NCBI RefSeq assembly: GCF_963921235.1
Contig: NC_086097.1
Span: 193,504,001-193,568,000, forward strand
DNA from: Mobula hypostoma
Lineage: Eukaryota
Direction of reading: 5' to 3'
DNA: 64,000 nucleotides
Shown here piece after piece: positions 1-12,418 of the stretch (within the stretch, counting starts at the first letter, position 1; each line of letters begins with the position of its first letter). Under the pieces are notes generated by a model, which saw nothing but the letters and a program-made list of their open reading frames with translations, had not been told where the DNA came from and searched no databases. The position numbers and the translations under genes are program-made.

Positions 1-175
1 GATTGTTCTGTCACAAGTGTGGATCATGGGTGGACCTAAAGGCAGGACACAAATATGTTTTGTAACTTTAAAAAGAATTGAGTTTATTAATCATTACTGG
101 GAAAGCAGGGAAGCAAGGATTGTTCAGAGGGAGATCAAGAAATGAGTAAAGCAGAAGCAGGAATAAGCATGGCTA

Positions 176-1552
176 CACTCGGACTTGAAATTGGAACCTG
201 GAACTCGGAACTCAGGACCTGGACATGGAACTCGGGACTTGGAGGTGGAACTTGGAACTCGGGACAAGGATTTGGAACTTGGAACTCGGGACCTGGACTT
301 GTAACTCGGAAATTGGAATGCGTGACCCCACCTGGAACTCAGGACCCGGTCTTGGAGCTCGGAACTTGAAACTCGGGACCCAGATTTGGAACACGAGACC
401 GGGACCTGGAACTCAGAACTTGGAACTCGGTACCCGGACTAGGAACTCGGAACTTGGAGTTTGGGACCCAACTTGGAACTCGGGTCACGGTCCTTGAACT
501 CGAGACCCGGACATGCTACTCAGAACTTGGAACTTGAGACCCGTACTTGGAACTCGGGGCCCAGACTGGGAACTGGGAACATGGAACTTGGGACCTGGAC
601 ATGCAACTCGGGACGCACACTTGGATCTTGGGACCCGGATTTAGAACTCGGAACTTGGAACTCAGAACTTGGGACCCGGATTGGAACTCGGAACTTTGAA
701 CTCGGGATCCGGACTTGGTACTCGGAATGTGGAACTTGGGACCCGTACCCGGAACTCGGAACTTGGAACTCGGGACCCGGACATGGAACTTGGAATATGG
801 AACTCGGGACCCAGACTTGGAACTTGGAACTCGGGACCCGGACCTGCAACTCGGAAACTGGAACTCGGGACCCCAGACTTGGAACTCGGAACTTGAAAGT
901 CGGGACCTGGACTTGGAACTTGGGACCCGGACTTGGAACTTCGAACTCGGGACCCAGACTTGGAAATTGGAACTCGGGACTTGGACTTGCAACTTGGAAC
1001 TCGGGACGCGGATTTGGAAATCGGAGCTCGGGACCCGGACATGGAACTCGGGACCTGGACTTGTAACTCAGAACTTGGAATTCGGGACCCCACTTGGAAC
1101 TCGTGACCCGGTCTCGGAACTCGGAACTTGAAACTCGGGACCCGGACTTGGAACTCGGTACCCGGATTTGGAACTCAGGACCCGTACTTGGAACTCGGGA
1201 CCCGGACATGGAACTGGGACCATGGAACTTGGGACCTGGACATGGAACTCAGAAAATGCAACCCGGGACCTGGACATGGAACTCGGGCTCTGGACATGGA
1301 ACTGTGAACATGGTACTCGGGAGCTGGACATGGAACACGGGACCCGTACTTGGAACTTGGAACTCAGGATCCGGACATGAAACTCGGAACATGGATCTCT
1401 TGATCGGGACTTGGAACTCGGGACCCGGACTTGGATCTCCGAACTTGAAAGTCGGGACCTGGACTTGGAACTTGGAACTTGGAACTGGGAACATCAGAGC
1501 CTGGACATGGAACTCAGAACATCAGAGGCTGGAATTGGAACAAGGAACATCG
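176..1552 (+). repeat. Representative degenerate 6/7-bp minisatellite spacer (20-bp superperiod GGAACTC-GGGACCC-GGACTT)
   Basis: Read directly: a continuous run of GGAACTC, GGAACTT, GGGACCC, GGGACCT, GGACTT, GGACAT words. It ends in three 28-bp GAACATC(A/G)GAG-containing units at 1489, 1517 and 1545. Confidence 0.95.
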
Positions 1553-2720
1553 GAGCCTGTACTTTTCCTTGACACAGGACATGCAAAACTGAGCTGGGCC
1601 TCCTCCTTTGGTGCAGAACATAGAACCGGTACTCTACTTAGACACAGTACATGGGCTAACAACAATTTGAACTTTTGTAACTGTTGTAATTGCGCAATTT
1701 TTTTTTCTGAAACTGATACCTTCGAACTACGAGTCACTTTCTTGAATTCTGTGAGATGCATTCTGGGCAGGATTCCAGTGCAGGATTCTGACTAGCGAGA
1801 TTTCGGGATACACTGTTTGTGTCTGCTAATTCCATGTTTGGCTAGATCGTTCTGTCACAAGTGCAGAGCACGGGTGGACCCAACAGCAGGACAAAAACAC
1901 GTTTTGTAGCTTTAACAAGAATAGAGTTTATTAATCATTACTAGGAAAGCAGAGAAGCAAGGATTGTTTAGAGGGAGATCAAAGTATGAGCAAAGAAGAG
2001 GCAGGAATAAGTGTGGCTAGATTCGCACTTGGACTTGGGACCTGGACTCGGAACTCGGAACTGGGAACTAGGCACTTGGAACTCGGGATCCAGACTTGAA
2101 ACTCGGAACGTGAAACTCGGGACCCGGACCTGGAACTCAAAACATGGAACTCGAACCAGGACATGGAACTCGGCACCCGGACTTTCAAATCTGGACCCGG
2201 ACTTGGAACTTGTAACTCGGGACCCAGACTTGGAACTTGGAACTCGAGACCCAGACTTGGAACTTGGAACTCGGGACCTGGACTTGCAACTTGGAACTCG
2301 GGATGCGAATTTGGAACATCGAACTCAAGACACAGACTTGGTACTTGGATCTCGAGACCCGGAAATGTACTTGGTACTCGGAACTCAGGACCCGGACCTG
2401 GAACTTGGAAATTGGAACTTGGGACCCAGACCTGGAACTTGGAAATTGGTACTCAGGACCCCGGACTTGGACTCGGAACTTGGAACTCGGGACCCGGACT
2501 TGGAACTCGGAACTTGGAATTTGGGACTCAACTTGGAACTCGGAACTTGGAATTCGGGACCCGACTTGGAACTCGGAACTTGGAACTCAGGACCGGACCT
2601 GAAACTTGGAACGTGGAACTCGGGACCCCAGACACGGAACTTGGAACTTGAAGGTCGGGACCCGGACTTGGAACTTAGAACTGAGAACATTAGAGGCTAG
2701 ACTTGTAACTCGGAACATCA

Positions 2721-3190
2721 GAGCCTGTACTTTTCTTAGACACAGGAGATGGAAAACTGAGCTGGGCGTCCTCCTTTGGTACAGAACATAGAAACGGGTC
2801 TCTTCTTAGACTCAGGACATGGGCTAACAGCAAACTGACCTTTTGTAACTGTTGTTGTAATTGTGCAATTTTTTTTTCTGGAACTGATACCTTCAAACTT
2901 CGAATCACTTTCTCGAATTCTGTGAGATGCATTCTGGACAGGATTCCAGTGGGGGATTCTGTGTAGCGAGAGTTCGGGAAAGAGTGTTTGTGTCTGCTGG
3001 TTCCATGTTTTGCTAGATCGTCCTGTCACAAGTGTGGATCATGGGTGGACCTAAAGGCAGGACACAAATATGTTTTGTAACTTTAAAAAGAATTGAGTTT
3101 ATTAATCATTACTGGGAAAGCAGGGAAGCAAGGATTGTTCAGAGGGAGATCAAGAAGTGAGCAAATCAGAAGCAGGTATAAGCATGGCTA
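2721..3190 (+). repeat. Representative conserved core unit, left subfamily
   Basis: Non-repetitive 470-bp block. Left-type diagnostics: GTAACTTTAAAAAGAATTGAG, ATCATTACTGGG, CAAGAAGTGAGCAAATC. Near-identical to cores at 5353, 6349, 8399 and others. Confidence 0.95.
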
Positions 3191-5410
3191 CACTCGGATT
3201 TGGACTTGGAACCTGGAATTTGGAGCTCGGGACCTGGACATGGAACTCGGGACCCGGACTTGGAACTCGACCCGGACCTGGAACTGGGAACATGAACTTG
3301 GGACCCGGACATTGAACTCGGAACATGCAACTCGGGACCAGGACATGGAACTCGGAACATGGAACTCGGGACACGGACATGGAATACGGGTCCCGTACTT
3401 GGAACTTGTGACCCGTGCATGTAATTCTGAACATAGATCTCTGGATTGGGACTTGGAACTTGGGACCCGGACTGGGAACTTGGGACCCGGACTTGGAAGT
3501 CGGAACTTGGAACTTGTTACCCGGACTTGGAACTCGGAACTTGGAATATTGGACCCAACTGGGAACTCATGTCTCAGTCCGGGAACTCGACACGCGGACA
3601 TGCAACTCGGAAACCTTGAACTCATGACCTGTACTTGGAACTCAGGATCTGGACCTGGAACTGGGAACATGGAACTCAGGACCTGGACATGGAACTGGGA
3701 ATATGGAACTCGGGACCCGGACATGGAACTGGGGACATGGAACTCGGGACCCAGACATGGAACTCGGAACATGGATCTCGGGATCGGGACTTGGAACTCG
3801 GAACTTGGAATTCGGGACCCGACTTGGAACTCGGAACTTGGAACTTGGGACCCGGACATAGAACTCGGAACTTGGAATTCGGGACCCGACTTGTAACTCG
3901 GAACATGGAACTCGGGACACGGACATGGAAGACGGGTCCCGTACTTGGAACTCGTGACCCGTGCATGTAATTTTGAACATAGATCTCTGGATTGGGACTT
4001 GGAACTTGGGACCCGGACATAGAACTCGGAACTTGGAATTCGGGACCCGATTTGGAACTCGGAACTTGGAACTCAGGACCCGACCTGGAACTTGGAACGT
4101 GGAACTCGGGACCCCGGACACGGAACTCGGAACTTGAAGGTCGGGACCCGGACTTGGAACTTAGAACTGAGAACATTAGAGGCTAGACTTGTAACTCGGA
4201 ACATCAGATCCTGTACTTTTCTTAGACACAGGAGATGGAAAACTGAGCTGTGCGTCCTCCTTTGGTACAGAACATAGAGACAGGTCTCTTCTTTGACACA
4301 GGACATGGGCTAACAACAAATTGACCTTTTGTAACTGCTAGAATTGCGCAATTTTTTTTCTGGAACTGATATCTTCGAACTTCGAGTCACTTTCTTGAAT
4401 TCTGTGAGATGCATTCTGGACAGGATTCCAGTGGGGGATTCTGCCGAGCAGGAGTTCGGGAAAGAGTGTTTGTGTCTGCTGGTTCCATGTTTTGCTAGAT
4501 CGTCCTGTCACAAGTGTGGATCATGGGTGGACCTAAAGGCAGGACACAAATATGTTTTGTAACTTTAAAAAGAATTGAGTTTATTAATCATTACTGGGAA
4601 AGCAGGGAAGCAAGGATTGTTCAGAGGGAGATCAAGAAGGGAACAAAGCAGATGCAGGAATAAGCGTGACTAGACTCGGACTGGACATGGAACCTGGAAC
4701 TCGGAACTCGAGAGCTGTACATGGACCTCGGAATTTGGAAGTCGACCCGGACCTGGAACTGGGAATATGGAACTCGGGACTCGGACATGGAACTGGGAAC
4801 ATGGAACTCGGGACCTGGACATGGAACTGGGAACATGGAACTAGGCACCCGGACATGGAAGACGGGTCCCGTACTTGGAACTCGTGACCCAGACATGGAA
4901 TTCGGAGCATAGATCTCTGGATTGGGACTTGGAACTTGGGACCCAGACTTGGAAGTCGGAACTTGGAACTCCGTACCCGGACTTGGAACTCAGAACTTGG
5001 AATTTTGGACCCGAATTGGAACTCGGGTCACGGTCCTGGAACTTGACACCCGGACATGCAACTCGGAACCTTGAACTCATGACCTGTACTTGGAACTCGG
5101 GACCTGGACCTGGAAATGGGAACATGGAACTCGGGATCGGGACTTGGAACTCGGGACCCGGACTTGGAACTCGGAACTTGAAATTCAGGACCCGACTTGG
5201 AACTCGGAACTTGGAACTTAGGACCCGGACCTGGAAGTTGGAACGTGGAACTCCGTACCCCGGACACGGAACTCGGAACTTGAAGGTCGGGACCCGGACT
5301 TGGAACTTAGAACTGAGAACATTAGAGGCTAGACTTGTAACTCGGAACATCAGAGCCTGTACTTTTCTTAGACACAGGAGATGGAAAACTGCGCTGGGCG
5401 TCCTCCTTTG

Positions 5411-7467
5411 GTACAGAACATAGAAACGGGTCTCTTCTTAGACTCAGGACATGGGCTAACAGCAAATTGACCTTTTGTAACTGTTGTTGTAATTGTGCAA
5501 TTTTTTTTTCTGGAACTGATACCTTCAAACTTCGAATCACTTTCTCGAATTCTGTGAGATGCATTCTGGACAGGATTCCAGTGGGGGATTCTGTGTAGCG
5601 AGAGTTCGGGAAAGAGTGTTTGTGTCTGCTGGTTCCATGTTTTGCTAGATCGTCCTGTCACAAGTGTGGATCATGGGTGGACCTAAAGGCAGGACACAAA
5701 TATGTTTTGTAACTTTAAAAAGAATTGAGTTTATTAATCATTACTGGGAAAGCAGGGAAGCAAGGATTGTTCAGAGGGAGATCAAGAAGTGAGCAAATCA
5801 GAAGCAGGTATAAGCGTGGCTACACTCGGATTTGGACTTGGAACCTGGAATTTGGAGATCGGGACCTGGACATGGAACTCGGGACCCGGACTTGGAACTC
5901 GACCCGGACCTGGAACTGGGAACATGGAACTTGGGACCCGGACATTGAACTCGGAACATGCAACTCGGGACCAGGACAAGGAACTCGGAACATGGAACTC
6001 GGGACCCGGACATGGAACTCGGAACCTGGACATGGAACTCGGAACCCAGACTTGGAACTCGGAACTTGTAACTCGCTACCCGGATCTGGAACTGGGAAAA
6101 TGGAACTCGGGACTCGGACACGGAACTCGGAACATGGATCTCGGGATCAGGACTTGGAACTTGGGACCCGGACTGGAATTGTGAGCATGGTACTTGGGAC
6201 CTGGAAATAGAACTCGGGACCCGGACATGGAACTTGGATCGTGCAACTCGGAAACCCGGACACGTAACTCGGAACTTGAAAGTGGGGACCCGGACCTGGA
6301 ACTTTGAACTGAGAACATCAGAGGCTAGACTTGTAACTCGGAACATCAGAGCCTGTACTTTTCTTAGACACAGGAGATGGAAAACTGAGCTGGGCATCCT
6401 CCTTTCGTACAGAACATAGAAACGGGTCTCTTCTTAGACTCAGGACATGGGCTAACAGCAAATTGACCTTTTGTAACTGTTGTTGTAATTGTGCAATTTT
6501 TTTTTCTGGAACTGATACCTTCAAACTTCGAATCACTTTCTCGAATTCTGTGAGATGCATTCTGGACAGGATTCCAGTGGGGGATTCTGTGTAGCGAGAG
6601 TTCGGGAAAGAGTGTTTGTGTCTGCTGGTTCCATGTTTTGCTAGATCGTCCTGTCACAAGTGTGGATCATGGGTGGACCTAAAGGCAGGACACAAATATG
6701 TTTTGTAACTTTAAAAAGAATTGAGTTTATTAATCATTACTGGGAAAGCAGGGAAGCAAGGATTGTTCAGAGGGAGATCAAGAAGTGAGCAAATCAGAAG
6801 CAGGTATAAGCGTGGCTACACTCGGATTTGGACTTGGAACCTGGAATTTGGAGATCGGGACCTGGACATGGAACTCGGGACCCGGACTTGGAACTCGACC
6901 CGGACCTGGAACTGGGAACATGGAACTTGGGACCCGGACATTGAACTCGGAACATGCAACTCGGGACCAGGACAAGGAACTCGGAACATGGAACTCGGGA
7001 CCCGGACATGGAACTCGGAACCTGGACATGGAACTCGGAACCCAGACTTGGAACTCGGAACTTGTAACTCGCTACCCGGATCTGGAACTGGGAAAATGGA
7101 ACTCGGGACTCGGACACGGAACTCGGAACATGGATCTCGGGATCAGGACTTGGAACTTGGGACCCGGACTGGAATTGTGAGCATGGTACTTGGGACCTGG
7201 AAATAGAACTCGGGACCCGGACATGGAACTTGGATCGTGCAACTCGGAAACCCGGACACGTAACTCGGAACTTGAAAGTGGGGACCCGGACCTGGAACTT
7301 TGAACTGAGAACATCAGAGGCTAGACTTGTAACTCGGAACATCAGAGCCTGTACTTTTCTTAGACACAGGAGATGGAAAACTGAGCTGGGCATCCTCCTT
7401 TCGTACAGAACATAGAAACGGGTCTCTTCTTAGACTCAGGACATGGGCTAACAGCAAATTGACCTTT
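5411..7467 (+). repeat. Near-exact tandem duplication of one monomer, period 996 bp
   Basis: ORF-track translations at 5725/6721, 5789/6785 and 5798/6794 are identical with offset 996. Flanking diagnostic SNPs at 5410/6406 and 6472/7468 bound the block. Confidence 0.9.
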
Positions 7468-10400
7468 CGTAACTGTTGTTGTAATTGTGCAATTTTTTTT
7501 TTCTGGAACTGATACCTTCAAACTTCGAATCACTTTCTTGAATTCTGTGAGATGCATTCTGGACAGGATTCCAGTGGGGATTCTGCCTAGCGAGAGTTCG
7601 GGAAAGAGTGTTTGTGTCTGCTGGTTCCATGTTTTGCTAGATCGTTCTGTCACAAGTGTGGATCATGGGTGGACCTAAAGGCAGGACACAAATATGTTTT
7701 GTAACTTTAAAAAGAATTGAGTTTATTAATCATTACTGGGAAAGCTGGGAAGCAAGGATTGTTCAGAGGGAGATCAAGAAGTGAGCAAATCAGAAGCAGG
7801 AATAAGCGTGGCTACACTCAGACTTGGAATTGGAACCTGGAATACGGAGCTCGGGACCTGGACATGGAACTCGGGACCCGGACTTGGAACTCGACCCGGA
7901 TCTGGAACTGGGAACATGGAACTTCGGACCTGGAAATGGAAATCGGGACCCGGACTTGGAACTCGACCCGGACCTGGAACTGGGAATATGGAACTTGGGA
8001 CCCGGACATTGCACTCGGAACGTGGAACTCGGGCTCCGGACATGGAATTGGGAACATGGAACTCAGGACCTGGACATGGAACTGGGAATATGGAACGCGG
8101 GACCTAGACATGGAACTGGGGACATGGAACTTGGGTCCTGGACATGGAACTCGGAACTTGGAATTCGGGACCCGACTTGGAACTCGGAACTTGGAACTTG
8201 GGACCCGGACATAGAACTCGGAACTTGGAATTCGGGACCCGACTTGGAACTCGGAACTTGGAACTCAGGACCCGACCTGGAACTTGGAACGTGGAACTCG
8301 GGACCCCGGACACGGAACTCGGAACTTGAAGGTCGGGACCCGGACTTGGAACTTAGAACTGAGAACATTAGAGGCTAGACTTGTAACTCGGAACATCAGA
8401 GCCTGTACTTTTCTTAGACACAGGAGATGGAAAACTGAGCTGGGCGTCCTCCTTTGGTACAGAACATAGAAACGGGTCTCTTCTTAGACTCAGGACATGG
8501 GCTAACAGCAAATTGACCTTTTGTAACTGTTGTTGTAATTGTGCAATTTTTTTTTCTGGAACTGATACCTTCAAACTTCGAATCACTTTCTCGAATTCTG
8601 TGAGATGCATTCTGGACAGGATTCCAGTGGGGGATTCTGCGTAGCGAGAGTTCGGGAAAGAGTGTTTGTGTCTGCTGGTTCCATGTTTTGCTAGATCGTC
8701 CTGTCACAAGTGTGGATCATGGGTGGACCTAAAGGCAGGACACAAATATGTTTTGTAACTTTAAAAAGAATTGAGTTTATTAATCATTACTGGGAAAGCA
8801 GGGAAGCAAGGATTGTTCAGAGGGAGATCAAGAAGTGAGCAAATCAGAAGCAGGTATAAGCGTGGCTACACTCGGATTTGGACTTGGAACCTGGAATTTG
8901 GAGCTCGGGACCTGGACATGGAACTCGGGACCCGGACTTGGAACTCGACCCGGACCTGGAACTGGGAACATGGAACTTCGGACCTGGAAATGGAACTTGG
9001 GACCCGGACTTGGAACTCGACCCGGACCTGGAACTGGGAATATGGAACTTGGGACCCGGACATTGAACTCGGAACATGCAACTCGGGACCAGGACATGGA
9101 ACTCGGAACATGGAACTCGGGACCCGGAAATTGAAGACGGGTCCCGTACTTGGAACTCGTGACCCGGGCATGGAATTCGGAACATAGATCTCTGGATTGG
9201 GACTTGGAACTTGGGACCCGGACTTGGAAGTCGGAACTTGGAACTCGGCACCCGGACTTGGATCTTGGAACTTGGAATTTTGGACCCGACTTGGAACTCG
9301 GGTCACGGTCCTGGAACTCGACACCCGGACATGCAACTCGGAACCTTGAACTCATGACCTGTACTTGGAACTCGGGACCTGGACCTGGAACTGGGAACAT
9401 GGAACTTGGGACCCGGACATGGACTTGGGAACATGGAACTTGGGACCCCGGACAAGAAACTCGGAACTTGAAGGTCGGGACCCGGACACAGTAGATGGAA
9501 AACTGAGCTGGGCATCCTACTTTGGTACAGAACATAGAGACAGGTCTCTTCTTTGACACAGGACATGGGCTAACAACAAATTGACCTTTTGTAACTGCTA
9601 GAATTGCGCAATTTTTCTTCTGGAACTGATATCTTCGAACTTCGAGGCACTTCCTTGAATTCTGTGAGATGCATTCTGGACAGGATTCCAGTGGGGCATT
9701 CTGCCTAGCGGGAGTTTGGGAAAGAGTCTTTGTGTCTGCTGGTTCCATGTTTGGTTAGATCGTTCTGTCAGAAGTACGGATCATGGGTGGAACTAAAGGC
9801 AGGACACAAATATGTTTTGTAACTTTAAAAAGAATTGAGTTTATTAATCATTACTGGAAAAGCAGGGAAGCAAGGATTGTTCAGAGGGAGATCAAGAAGT
9901 GAACAAATCAGAAGCAGGAATAAGCGTGGCTGCACTCGGACTTGGACTTGGAACCTGGAATTCGGAGCTCGGGACCTGGACATGGAACTCAGGACCCGGA
10001 CTTGAAACTTGGAACTCGGGACTTGGACATAGAACTTGGAACTCGAAACCCTGACTTGGAACTCGAGACCCGGAAATGGACTTGGAACTTGGATCTCGAA
10101 ACTTGGATCTCGGGACCTGGTCTTGGAACTCGGAACGAGGAACTGGGGACTCGAACTTGAACTTGAACTTGAAACTAGGAACTCGGGACACGGACTTGTA
10201 ACTCGGGACCCGGACTTGGAACTCGGGACCTGGACTTGTAACTTGGAACTTGGAATTTGGGAACCCACTTGGAACTCGGGACCTAGACATGCAACTCGGA
10301 ACTTTGAACTTATGACCTATACTTGGAACTTGGGACCTGGACCAGGAACTGGGAGCCTGTAACTTGGGACCTGGACATGGAACTCGGAAAATGCAACTCG

Positions 10401-12418
10401 GAAGCTGGACATGGAATTCAGAACATGTAACTCGGGCTCAGGACGTAGAACTGGGAATATGGAACTCGGGACACGGACATTGAACTCGGAACACGCAACT
10501 CGGGACCAGGACATGGAACTCGGGACTCAGACATGGAACTGGGGACATGGAACTCGGAACCCGGACTTTGAACTCGGAACTTGTAACTCGGGACCCGGAC
10601 CTGAAACTGGGAACATGGAACTCGGGACCCAGACATGGAACTCGGAACATGGATCTCGGGATCGGGACTTGGAACTCGGGACCCGGACTTGGAACTCGGA
10701 ACATGGCATTCGGGACCCGACTTGGAACTGGGAACATGGAATTTGGGACCCAGACATGGAACTCGGAACATGGATCTCGAGATCGGGACTTGGAACTCGG
10801 GACCCGGACTTGGAACTCGGAACTTGGAATTCGAGACCCGACTTGGAACTCGGAACTTGGAACTCGGGACCCGGACATAGAACTCGGAACTTGGAATTCG
10901 GGACCCGACTTGGAACTCGGAACTTGGAACTCAGGACCCGACCTGGAACTTGGAACGTGGAACTCGGGACCCCGGACACGGAACTCGGAACTTGAAGGTC
11001 GGGACCCGGACTTGGAACTTAGAACTGAGAACATTAGAGGCTAGACTTGTAACTCGGAACATCAGAGCCTGTACTTTTCTTAGACACAGGAGATGGAAAA
11101 CTGAGCTGGGCATCCTCCTTTGGTACAGAACATAGAAACGGGTCTCTTCTTAGACTCAGGACATGGGCTAACAACAAATTGACCTTTTGTAACTGTTGTT
11201 GTAATTGTGCAATTTTTTTTTCTGGAACTGATACCGTCAAACTTCAAATCACTTTCTCGAATTCTGTGAGATGCATTCTGGACAGGATTCCAGTGGGGGA
11301 TTCTGCGTAGCGAGAGTTCGGGAAAGAGTGTTTGTGTCTGCTGGTTCCATGTTTTGCTAGATCGTTCTGTCACAAGTGTGGATCATGGGTGGACCTAAAG
11401 GCAGGACACAAATATGTTTTGTAACTTTAAAAAGAATTGAGTTTATTAATCATTACTGGGAAAGCAGGGAAGCAAGAATTGTTCAGAGGGAGATCAAGAA
11501 GTGAGCAAATCAGAAGCAGGTATAAGCGTGGCTACACTCGGATTTGGACTTGGAACCTGGAATTTGGAGCTCGGGACCTGGACATGGAACTCGGGACCCG
11601 GACTTGGAACTCGACCCGGACCTGGAACTGGGAACATGGAACTTGGGACCCGGACATTGAACTCGGAACATGCAACTCGTGACCAGGACATGGAACTCGG
11701 AACATGGAACTCGGGACAAGGACATGGAAGACGGGTCCCGTACTTGGAACTCGTGACCCGGGCATGTAATTCAGAACATAGATCTCTGGATTGGGACTTA
11801 GAACTTGGGACCCGGACTTGGAACTTGGGACCTGGACTTGGAAGTCGGAACTTGTAACTTGGTACGCGGACTTGGAACTCGGAACTCGGAATTTGGAATT
11901 TTGGACCTGACTTGGAACTCGTGTCACGGTCCTGGAACTCGACACCCGGACATGCAACTCGGAACCTTGAACTCATGACCTGTACTTGGAACTCAGGACC
12001 TGGACCTGGAACTGGGAACATGGAACTTGGGACCTGGAAATGGAACTTGGAACCTGGACATGGAATTTGGAACATGGAACTCGGGCTCCAGACATGGAAC
12101 TGGGAACAGGGAACTCAGGACCTGGACATGGAACTGGGAATATGGAACTCGGGACCCGGACATGGAACTGGGGACGTGGAACTCGGGACCCAGACATGGA
12201 ACTCGGAACATGGATCTCGGGATCGGGACTTGGAACTCGGAACTTGGAATTCGGGACCCGACTTGGAACTCGGAACTTGGAACTTAGGACCCGGACCTGG
12301 AACTTGGAACGTGGAACTCGGGACCCCGGACACGGAACTCGGAACTTGAAGGTCGGGACCCGGACTTGGAACTTAGAACTGAGAACATTAGAGGCCAGAC
12401 TTGTAACTCGGAACATCA

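Noticed and set aside
176..1552. Telomeric repeat, immunoglobulin switch region or rDNA intergenic spacer
   Set aside because: No TTAGGG arrays, few AGCT/GGGGT motifs, and no Ig or rRNA sequence in the window.
1688..1735. Pol III gene or intrinsic terminator (palindrome + T run; GTTCGAAGG on minus strand)
   Set aside because: The B-box match is imperfect, on the opposite strand to the T run and not conserved. No A-box, tRNA, 5S or snRNA sequence was recognised.
1522..1761. Recurrent core ORFs (MHLTEFKKV..., MTERSSKTW..., MSLLIITGK...)
   Set aside because: The frame is broken between copies by a variable-length T run and 3-bp/1-bp indels, and no domain is recognisable.
2721..3190. Hammerhead ribozyme in the core itself (retrozyme-type satellite)
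   Set aside because: No CTGANGA...GAAA core found on either strand by eye; the nearest is CTGATGT on the minus strand.
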